Shown one piece after another: positions 57,555-64,000 of a DNA stretch of 64,000 nucleotides; position 1 is the first letter of the stretch; every line of letters starts with the position of its first letter. The DNA is from a phage. The notes beneath the pieces are model-generated. The model was not told the origin of the DNA. It made no database searches and was given only the letters and a program-made list of their open reading frames with translations. The position numbers and the translations under genes were made by a program. The DNA lies in assembly GCA_012813795.1 (NCBI GenBank), contig GCA_012813795.1_4087.1; one strand, written 5' to 3'.

Positions 57555-57788
57555 CTATTTTTTCAGTACTGGTAAACCTTTGATCTCACCTGGCTGTACT
57601 TCCTCAAAGGTCGCCGCCATCATACGGCTATCATCTTCCTTGCACTCTTCCATTGCATCACAAAAATGATTAATAACGTCCGGTGCAACGTCAACCACAT
57701 CAAACAAGCCAACCTCAGTGCAACGGCTTAAAGCGTTTAACAGGTCAGTCAGTGCAACGGATTGAGAAACAGTTAAGATAGTACTCAT
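57555..57788 (-). CDS. hypothetical protein
   Basis: 77-aa minus ORF. Confidence 0.55.
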   Translation of the reverse strand: MSTILTVSQSVALTDLLNALSRCTEVGLFDVVDVAPDVINHFCDAMEECKEDDSRMMAATFEEVQPGEIKGLPVLKK

Positions 57789-57882
57789 AAAATTAATCTC
57801 TTAATTATAGTGGGGAACTATTCCCCACCTGATAGAAAGTATTATACGCCTTTAAACTTAGTATGCAAGTACTTTTTAAAAC

Positions 57883-58245
57883 TTATTCGTAAATCTTGCC
57901 ACTGTCAGCCCATACCAGGAAACGCGGCATATTATCCCATGCATCTTGTTTCAAGTTTAAGCCGTGCAATACTTCTGTACTTTCCATCCCTGGTACTGGT
58001 TTACTATACACCGCAAACATTTCGCCCATGTACTGATACGCCATCGTTAAATCACTGGCGATCATCTTATGGATCATCGCATCAAGCATCACAGTAGCGG
58101 CGTATTGTTCACGCTTAAGCGGCAACATTGCAATCAATTCCCGATAAGCTGAAATATGAATCTTTACAGTCTCAGCCGGAAGATCTTTCATCTCTTCGCG
58201 AAAGTTAACCAGGTTAGCAATGATTTTAGTGATTTGAGTCGCCAT
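57883..58245 (-). CDS. hypothetical protein
   Basis: 120-aa minus ORF; last gene before the non-coding hub. Confidence 0.6.
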   Translation of the reverse strand: MATQITKIIANLVNFREEMKDLPAETVKIHISAYRELIAMLPLKREQYAATVMLDAMIHKMIASDLTMAYQYMGEMFAVYSKPVPGMESTEVLHGLNLKQDAWDNMPRFLVWADSGKIYE

Positions 58246-58564
58246 CGTTTTAATTCCTATTAAAGTGAGTTAGGAGCGTTTCCCCCGTCTCGATGTAAAA
58301 CATTATACGCCGTTAAACATAGTATGCAAATACTTTCTGCAAATACTTTTAAAATAGTTTTCTTTCTATATAGGAGTACTATCATTCAGTACTGAATCAA
58401 TCCAGGGAGTACAATTATTCAGTACTATACCCTCAAAACGTCCTCAGTCGCTTTCTAACGCATTAATACACCTAAGCTATACATTTGCACCACTCCCAAC
58501 AATCCAGGGCTTTACGGGCCGTTTAAACGCGTTAAATTATTTTCAATTATTTTGTTTTTAGCTA

Positions 58565-58592
58565 TTGACTCAGTACAGAAAAAGCGTATAAT
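58565..58592 (+). promoter_or_regulatory. plus-strand sigma70-like promoter in the non-coding hub
   Basis: TTGACT-N16-TATAAT; downstream non-coding sequence carries the conserved CCCCAGGGGGTGC box. Confidence 0.45.
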
Positions 58593-58779
58593 TACTACAT
58601 AGACGCGAGAAAGCGGATACCCCAGGGGGTGCGGAACTACGCCCAAAATTCAGTAAATTTAAAAAGGATACACTCCCGCACCCTAGCAGGTCAAAGCACT
58701 TTCTCAGTACTGAATCATAGTACCATAGTACGCCCCATGATAGCAAGCAAATTAATTAAAACTTTTTGCATCCAGGGTA

Positions 58780-58807
58780 TTGCTTTATTTTTCCAGTACT
58801 GTATAAT
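58780..58807 (+). promoter_or_regulatory. plus-strand sigma70-like promoter in the non-coding hub
   Basis: TTGCTT-N16-TATAAT; downstream non-coding sequence carries the CCCAACGGGTGC box. Confidence 0.4.
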
Positions 58808-58904
58808 AGTTCCATCAAGTCGAGAAAGACTCAAGCCCAACGGGTGCATAGTTACGCCCAAAATTCAGTACTAGATTATTTTTTAAAAATATTCATCCAG
58901 GCGG

Positions 58905-58933
58905 TTGACATTGCCCCCAGTTTATTAGATAAT
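58905..58933 (+). promoter_or_regulatory. plus-strand sigma70-like promoter in the non-coding hub
   Basis: TTGACA-N17-GATAAT, followed by GGGGAAACCATCCCC hairpin. Confidence 0.45.
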
Positions 58934-59030
58934 GATTCCAGATTCAGAAAAATCTAACTCCAGATACTGCGGGGAAACCATCCCCACGCGGTAGGGGAAC
59001 TAATGGAAAAAACAGTATAAAATTTTGATT

Positions 59031-59170
59031 TAGCCGTCTATACATCCAGACGTTTAGCCGTCCAAACGTCTAGCGGTACAGCCATCTAGCAGTACAGCCA
59101 TCTAGCCACCTAGAGGGATAGCCATCTTTACTTCCAGACTTCTGGAGGGCTAGACATCTCTACGTCCAAA
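59031..59170. repeat. iteron-like cluster (candidate origin, packaging or partition site)
   Basis: Reiterated ~11-bp units TAGCCGTCTA / TAGCCGTCCA / CAGCCATCTAGC x2 / TAGCCACCTAG / TAGCCATCTT / GGCTAGACATCTC plus palindrome CCAGACTTCTGG. Confidence 0.55.
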
Positions 59171-60000
59171 ATCCACACAGGGTTACTACGCCCAAAATCC
59201 GTCAGTACTATACCATAGATCTATCTTTGAGAAGGGAGTATTCAGTACTGCCATCATAGTCCTCACTATGTTACCCTAGGAGGATGAAGACTATCATGTA
59301 GTACTGAATACTTTTAAGGGGAATATCATCACATTGCGTGATGCATTATATATTAGATTAATATCAGTACTGCTACCATTCTGTTAATAACAGTACTGTT
59401 TATATTACGAAAAAAAGAGGTTGTCAAAGATGAACCACTACATAGGAGGATTCAATCTCTTCTGTACTGTCTCACGACAGGGGGAATAAGGCTCTGAATT
59501 GTTTGCGGCAATCCATCACTCTATGTAGAACATTATACAGTACTGAATCATAATGTCAATAACTTTCTTACATTTGCAGTACTAAAATCGTATCTTCTGT
59601 ATCTCTTCAAAACTCATTATATCCCAATAATCCTATATGTCCCAACGTGAATTCCAACTTTCGAAGATCCAACTTTTATTTCATAGGTACTCCAAAATTT
59701 TTACGATCCAGATTTACGATGGAGTACTAACCAACTTTTTGCTGGAGCCTCAAGGGGTATTCGGAATTTTCCCCAATGGGTAATCGGGATTTTTGACGAA
59801 GGGTAAATTGAACTTTTTTGAATAGGTGATTGGGAGTTTTCAGTACTGGTCATTCCGTGATTACTTTTGATTACATTTGACATGTTATGCAAAGTTGCAG
59901 TACGGTAAAAATATGTAAATTTTGGGCGACTTCATTTGCCTACTTAGTGGGATATCAGTACTGAATCATATAGGGGTAATCCTTCAGTACTGAATACTTT

Positions 60001-60120
60001 CCTGTACTCTAGTACACTCTATTACACTCTAGTACTCAATACTAATCACTACTAACCACTACAATGATTATAAATGATTACTTAAATGTTTATATATGAT
60101 TACTTATGACTACCTATGAT
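60001..60120. repeat. short direct-repeat cluster
   Basis: TACACTCT x2, TAATCACTAC/TAACCACTAC, ATGATTAC x4. Confidence 0.5.
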
Positions 60121-60163
60121 TACGGGGTTTAGCCTGGGGAGAATCCTAGTGATCGCATTTGTC

Positions 60164-60228
60164 CAGGCTGAATTTTAACAATTCAGACGTCGAGCAGGCT
60201 GAATTTTAACATATGCAACATATGTTAA
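60164..60228. repeat. 17-bp direct repeat plus 10-bp inverted repeat
   Basis: CAGGCTGAATTTTAACA x2 (60164-60180, 60194-60210) and TTAACATATG-caa-CATATGTTAA (60206-60228). Confidence 0.6.
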
Positions 60229-60270
60229 AGCCTGTATAATGCTTACACTACGGAGCTTCCCCTAGCTATA

Positions 60271-60513
60271 TTACTTCCTATATATAAGCATTAAGATATA
60301 GTAGTACTGATTGTACTGATTGTACTGATTGTACTGATTGTACTGATTGTACTGATTGTACTGTACATTCTCTTTAACAGGACAAGGGTCTATTGCTATA
60401 TTAGTACATCTATACAATTCATATCTATTAAAGGGTAGTTCTATGAGAGATTTAATCCATACTTGTTCATTCTCTTTGAGTTTACTTATATAGAAGTCTT
60501 TATGATTATCCAT
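60271..60513 (-). CDS. FamC paralog with internal (YNQ)n repeat
   Basis: 80 aa; MDNHKDFYISKL...; C-terminal YNQYNQYNQYNQYNQYNQYYYILMLIYRK encoded by the 9-bp tandem repeat. Confidence 0.6.
   Translation of the reverse strand: MDNHKDFYISKLKENEQVWIKSLIELPFNRYELYRCTNIAIDPCPVKENVQYNQYNQYNQYNQYNQYNQYYYILMLIYRK
60301..60363. repeat. 9-bp tandem repeat (x7) inside a coding region
   Basis: TGTACTGAT x7 on the plus strand, i.e. (CAG TAC AAT)n = (QYN)n on the coding strand. Confidence 0.8.
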
Positions 60514-60706
60514 AGATATATATTAACAACATTAGGTTAGAGTATAGTGCTTTAGTGTCATCTTGTTCTAGAGCTTCAATTGAGTTCGTTGTAGCTTTCC
60601 TAAAGCACATTTTTGCGTATGCACTTTTTGGATTAACGGGGGCGGTGGCTTCGCACCAGATTCTTTCGGTGGTTGATAGTTTACTCATATAGTATTCTTT
60701 ATACAT
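60506..60706 (-). CDS. FamC paralog
   Basis: 66 aa; MYKEYYMSKL...LMLLIYIYG. Confidence 0.6.
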   Translation of the reverse strand: MYKEYYMSKLSTTERIWCEATAPVNPKSAYAKMCFRKATTNSIEALEQDDTKALYSNLMLLIYIYG

Positions 60707-60707
60707 A

Positions 60708-60896
60708 TTAGTACCTGAATATAAGTAGTATAATGTTATAGTACTGATTAGTACTGCTAAGATTCTCTATAGAGCGAATAACAGTTAGGGAGTAGTTATA
60801 CTTGGAGTATGCATTATCCAGTGGGACTTTATATTGAGCACTAAGTGATAGTTCTGTAGGGAGAGTACTTAAGTAGAATTCTTTATGGTTTTGCAT
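60708..60896 (-). CDS. FamC paralog
   Basis: 62 aa; MQNHKEFYLSTL...ILLIFRY. Confidence 0.6.
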   Translation of the reverse strand: MQNHKEFYLSTLPTELSLSAQYKVPLDNAYSKYNYSLTVIRSIENLSSTNQYYNIILLIFRY

Positions 60897-60897
60897 A

Positions 60898-61086
60898 TTA
60901 GTACCTGAATGTTAGCATTGTTATGTAGTACAGCATATATGGATTGTCATCGTATATTAGGGTGTACTTAGTACATTGTTGGAACATTATTTTTGCATGA
61001 TCTTTTATGCCAATAGGTTTTGTTGGCACATGGTGTTGGAGATGCATTGGGAGATGATCTTTATAAAATTCTTTATAGTTGTTCAT
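60898..61086 (-). CDS. FamC paralog
   Basis: 62 aa; MNNYKEFYKDHL...ITMLTFRY. Confidence 0.6.
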   Translation of the reverse strand: MNNYKEFYKDHLPMHLQHHVPTKPIGIKDHAKIMFQQCTKYTLIYDDNPYMLYYITMLTFRY

Positions 61087-61087
61087 A

Positions 61088-61273
61088 TTAGTACTTATAT
61101 ATTAGTAAAAGGATGTGATACAGTACTCGATTATAGTCGTCAATATCTATCGAGGATTTAGTGCACTTAACGAAGTAGTCTTTTTCGTAGTCTTTTTCTA
61201 TACCCAATGGTTCTGTTGGTACAAGGTATTGTAGATGCATTGGGAGTTTATCTATGTAGTATTCTTTATACAT
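61088..61273 (-). CDS. FamC paralog
   Basis: 61 aa; MYKEYYIDKL...LLLIYKY. Confidence 0.6.
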   Translation of the reverse strand: MYKEYYIDKLPMHLQYLVPTEPLGIEKDYEKDYFVKCTKSSIDIDDYNRVLYHILLLIYKY

Positions 61274-61288
61274 ATTAGTCCTTAGTCC

Positions 61289-61489
61289 TTAGTACTGGAA
61301 CGCGAGATACAGGGTGTGGTACAGTTGTACTTGAGAATTGTTTTCATTAACTTCTTCATTAAGTACTTGTTCAGTACAATTGCGGAAGTAATCAGCTTCA
61401 TATATACAGTTAATGTCGCGAGGTTCATCATCTAATAGATTGCCTTGTAGAAACTTTGGTAGTTCTTTAATATAGAATTCTTTATACAT
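61289..61489 (-). CDS. FamC paralog
   Basis: 66 aa; MYKEFYIKEL...LYLAFQY. Confidence 0.6.
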   Translation of the reverse strand: MYKEFYIKELPKFLQGNLLDDEPRDINCIYEADYFRNCTEQVLNEEVNENNSQVQLYHTLYLAFQY

Positions 61490-61497
61490 ATTAGTCC

Positions 61498-61692
61498 TTA
61501 GTACACGAACGTGAGGTACAGGGTGTGGTATAGTGCTCGATGATAGCTATCATAATCTTGTATACATGCTTTAGTGCACATAATGAATCTTGCTTTATTA
61601 ATCTCTGTGTTTAAGTTTCTAGGATGTTCTAGGTGATCGATTATGTACTGTGGGAAAAATTTTAGGTATAGTTCTTTGTGTTCATTTTTCAT
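61498..61692 (-). CDS. FamC paralog
   Basis: 64 aa; MKNEHKELYLKF...LYLTFVY. Confidence 0.6.
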   Translation of the reverse strand: MKNEHKELYLKFFPQYIIDHLEHPRNLNTEINKARFIMCTKACIQDYDSYHRALYHTLYLTFVY

Positions 61693-61693
61693 A

Positions 61694-61876
61694 TTAGTAC
61701 CTGTATATAAGTGTTAGTACATTGTACAGGTTATAGATATCATCTTCATTTATTGCAGATTCTGTTTGATATCGGTAGAATATAGTTTGGCTCTTATCTT
61801 TGAAATCTACAGGTTCGCGGGGAATAAGCTTTTGTAGATCAATACTAAGAAAACTTATGTAGTATTCTTTATACAT
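61694..61876 (-). CDS. FamC paralog
   Basis: Track ORF 61694..61939 trimmed to MYKEYYISFL...; ends ...LTLIYRY. Confidence 0.55.
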   Translation of the reverse strand: MYKEYYISFLSIDLQKLIPREPVDFKDKSQTIFYRYQTESAINEDDIYNLYNVLTLIYRY

Positions 61877-62540
61877 AGTTTGTAATATACGTAATGAGGT
61901 GATGAATTTTCTTATTAGTACTGATAAGTTCATGTACATGTTTTGTTAGATTGTACGCGTTTTTGTACAGTACAGGGTTATCGATTACAGTACTGTACAT
62001 GAATAGTTCTTCTTCTGATAATTCTTTGCCTTGTAGTTCTTTGAGGAATTCTACAATTGATTTAGTTTCTTCTGTACGTTGTGCTTGCCAGAAGTGCATA
62101 TTCTCGTGTATTTCTTCTGCACCCATACTGTATATGCCACCCATTTGGAATTGTGCTGTATTGACATCGTGGGAGGTGTTACAATTCCCGAAGAAGTATG
62201 TATTCCCGAAGTATAGCATTAAAGTGCACGGGGTATTATCCAACTGCATATGGATGATGAAGGATGCGTTCTTTAGTACCTTCATGCTCGTATTAGTACT
62301 CAATACTTTTAAATCAGTATTATAGATATTCATATAATGAACAGCTATATTATTTTTCTTCATGTACAATTCAAGGTTCTTTGATACGTTAACTCCATTT
62401 GTACTGGTTTTTTTACTTTTCTTTAGGTTCTTTAGTACATTAGGATGATAAGTATATGCATTAGTGGTAGATTCAGCCTGGATTGATTGCAGGTACTTAA
62501 AGTGCTGTAGGTATCGTTTGCTTTGTGGATTAAGTTTCAT
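61869..62540 (-). CDS. FamA-like protein embedded in the FamC array
   Basis: 223 aa; variant motif EEELFMYSTVID. Confidence 0.6.
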   Translation of the reverse strand: MKLNPQSKRYLQHFKYLQSIQAESTTNAYTYHPNVLKNLKKSKKTSTNGVNVSKNLELYMKKNNIAVHYMNIYNTDLKVLSTNTSMKVLKNASFIIHMQLDNTPCTLMLYFGNTYFFGNCNTSHDVNTAQFQMGGIYSMGAEEIHENMHFWQAQRTEETKSIVEFLKELQGKELSEEELFMYSTVIDNPVLYKNAYNLTKHVHELISTNKKIHHLITYITNYV

Positions 62541-62551
62541 TTGGTTTCCTT

Positions 62552-62590
62552 AAATTGCTTATACTGCTTATACTGTTTATACTGTTACAA
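62552..62590. repeat. 9-bp tandem repeat (x3-4), intergenic
   Basis: TGCTTATAC TGCTTATAC TGTTTATAC TGTT just upstream of the 61869..62540 start. Confidence 0.6.
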
Positions 62591-62756
62591 GCGAGATTAT
62601 TTCTCTGTATGGGTTATTTTTTGTCAGGACGTGATGAATGCAGCTATTGAGATTAATAGTTTTAGTACTTTTTGTTCCCAGGTTGTAGTACTTCACGAAG
62701 GTGTCGTACATGAAACGATCCTTAGTACTGAGATTATCGGTGTAGTACTCTAGCAT
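62577..62756 (-). CDS. small Tyr-rich protein (59 aa), not in ORF track
   Basis: Hand-translated codon by codon: MLEYYTDNLSTKDRFMYDTFVKYYNLGTKSTKTINLNSCIHHVLTKNNPYREIISLVTV; AAGGAAT SD. Confidence 0.5.
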   Translation of the reverse strand: MLEYYTDNLSTKDRFMYDTFVKYYNLGTKSTKTINLNSCIHHVLTKNNPYREIISLVTV

Positions 62757-62766
62757 AGTTTATTCC

Positions 62767-62946
62767 TTATATAGAGATAAGTTTCAGTACTTCATTATAT
62801 GTGAACATTTCGTCCTGTGCCAATTTAGTACAATTCAGGAGTAATTTTCTTTGTTTTCTTTGCGAACTACAATGATAGCTCATTGAGAAGTAATTGAAGC
62901 CGTATCTATCTTCTGGGTAAATTACGCTTAGGTAGTATTCTAGCAT
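62767..62946 (-). CDS. small Tyr-rich protein (59 aa), not in ORF track; paralog of 62577..62756
   Basis: Hand-translated MLEYYLSVIYPEDRYGFNYFSMSYHC...; same MLEYY N-terminus; frame checked only at start and stop. Confidence 0.4.
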   Translation of the reverse strand: MLEYYLSVIYPEDRYGFNYFSMSYHCSSQRKQRKLLLNCTKLAQDEMFTYNEVLKLISI

Positions 62947-62954
62947 TGTATTCT

Positions 62955-63140
62955 CTACATTTCAATAAGTTTAAGTACTGCTCTGTACGTGTACTTAGTT
63001 GTTAGTGTTTCTTTTATAGCAGTACAGAAGTAATGTTGTTTGTCTCTAATACTGCCGCGTTTGTAGTACCATACATGGGAGTTGTGGCTGTACTTGTCTC
63101 TGTCGGATAGTTTTTGGTAATAGTAGCTTTTATGATTCAT
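62955..63140 (-). CDS. FamC paralog
   Basis: 61 aa; MNHKSYYYQKL...AVLKLIEM. Confidence 0.6.
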   Translation of the reverse strand: MNHKSYYYQKLSDRDKYSHNSHVWYYKRGSIRDKQHYFCTAIKETLTTKYTYRAVLKLIEM

Positions 63141-63349
63141 TGTAATGTAATTAGCCTTACTATATTAAAGTACTCGGTCCCTGTTGCACCTTGTAGAATA
63201 TTACGCACGACATGTTTGTGGTGCTGGATGATTGCTGAAGGTGCGGTTCTTTTAAGTTTTTTAAAAGTACTGAATTCTTGTTTAAGGATGAACTGTATAT
63301 CTTTAGGGAGAATATCTATGTAGTACTGATGAATGTTCATAGTTTTCAT
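63137..63349 (-). CDS. FamC paralog
   Basis: 70 aa; MKTMNIHQYYIDIL...IVRLITLQ. Confidence 0.6.
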   Translation of the reverse strand: MKTMNIHQYYIDILPKDIQFILKQEFSTFKKLKRTAPSAIIQHHKHVVRNILQGATGTEYFNIVRLITLQ

Positions 63350-63359
63350 ATAGCACCTT

Positions 63360-63551
63360 TTAGAACTTAAAGATGAGGTACATGATAGATAGGTACTTAG
63401 TTTCAGTAAACTGTTGTTCTATTGCATAACGTGTCTCCAACCTGAAATCGTAATTATAAAAGGGACTATTCTTTCTCATAGGTTCTTGAGGGAATGAGTC
63501 CCTGTATTGTTCGTGTAGTTTACTACAGTAGAAATCTTTATGATTATTCAT
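63360..63551 (-). CDS. FamC paralog
   Basis: 63 aa; MNNHKDFYCSKL...IMYLIFKF. Confidence 0.6.
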   Translation of the reverse strand: MNNHKDFYCSKLHEQYRDSFPQEPMRKNSPFYNYDFRLETRYAIEQQFTETKYLSIMYLIFKF

Positions 63552-63753
63552 AGAAGTATATTAGTCCGATTAAACTTGAGTACTGCATATTTTTGTTATT
63601 GCATTCAATAGCTTCTAGAGTACTACGTATACAATTATTAAAGCAATTCCTGGTGTTGGGTGTGTCTATACTTACAGGTGGTACACTCCTTAGAAACATT
63701 TGTTCTTCGTTGCTGAGGTATTTGGTGTAGAATTCTTTATGTTCAGTTTTCAT
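63544..63753 (-). CDS. FamC paralog
   Basis: 69 aa; MKTEHKEFYTKYL...LIGLIYFYE. Confidence 0.6.
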   Translation of the reverse strand: MKTEHKEFYTKYLSNEEQMFLRSVPPVSIDTPNTRNCFNNCIRSTLEAIECNNKNMQYSSLIGLIYFYE

Positions 63754-63754
63754 A

Positions 63755-63955
63755 TTAGTACTCCAATAGTAGTGTTAAGATGAAATAGTACTGCATACTT
63801 TCGTTACCTTCTATTGCATTCCAGATGAGGTTATTCCTGTTTGAGTTCAGGAGTCCTGGTATGCGTTTAGCATTTTTCAGTACTGTTTTTTGGTTCTTCA
63901 TTGCATCTTGTAGGCCAGGGTGCAATGCATTGATGTAGTACGGGTTAATGTTCAT
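63755..63955 (-). CDS. FamC paralog
   Basis: 66 aa; MNINPYYINAL...FILTLLLEY. Confidence 0.6.
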   Translation of the reverse strand: MNINPYYINALHPGLQDAMKNQKTVLKNAKRIPGLLNSNRNNLIWNAIEGNESMQYYFILTLLLEY

Positions 63956-64000
63956 ATAGCCACTAGTACTAAGATATTTAAAAATTGTTTACGGGTATCC

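Noticed and set aside
39886-58245. N-terminal extensions of many track ORFs (MFYIERGK..., MRGNGSPPNKEREIK..., MAYNVLHREG..., MYLESSIMFYIERGKRF...)
   Set aside because: These conserved N-termini are translations of the repeated promoter/hairpin module and some begin at TTG; true starts are the SD-preceded internal ATGs.
55113-58875. tRNA genes in the ORF-free plus-strand units
   Set aside because: No cloverleaf-compatible arms or conserved T-loop (GTTCRANYC) or D-loop features; the units are ~50-100 nt with a different conserved box.
60301-60363. Possible CRISPR array
   Set aside because: Units are 9 bp, contiguous, without spacers, and in frame within a gene; this is a simple tandem repeat.

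Overview
Dense, AT-rich (~33% GC) region in which every credible gene lies on the minus strand; it reads like a hyperplastic early/accessory region of a large virulent tailed phage of a Gram-negative (enterobacteria-like) host, though I cannot name the phage. Four blocks: (1) 0-39 kb, tandem arrays of diverged paralogs, chiefly FamA (~52 genes, 100-280 aa, sharing only an acidic-x-x-[YF]-F-Q-x-S-[TL]-[VLI] motif resembling the TEV protease site ENLYFQ/S) and FamB (~25 genes, ~65-90 aa, motif L-[LG]-T-N-Y-Q-E), interrupted at 11.9-14.0 kb by a promoter/terminator-bounded cassette encoding a methyl-accepting-chemotaxis-protein-like membrane protein; (2) 39.6-58.3 kb, ~50 small genes, most behind a repeated module of sigma70-like promoter (TTGACA/TTGCAA-N16-17-TATAAT) plus 5'-UTR hairpin plus SD, including a T7 gp0.7-like kinase, a lipoprotein and several paralog pairs; (3) 58.3-60.3 kb, a non-coding hub with plus-strand promoters, iterons, palindromes and tandem repeats; (4) 60.3-64 kb, a third array of ~62-aa Tyr-rich paralogs (FamC). 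Many track ORFs in block 2 carry spurious N-terminal extensions that translate the promoter/hairpin; starts were corrected to SD-preceded internal ATGs. Several sub-60-aa genes missing from the track were found by hand translation. No rRNA, tRNA or CRISPR array was recognised. All product calls are from sequence reading only, with no database search.
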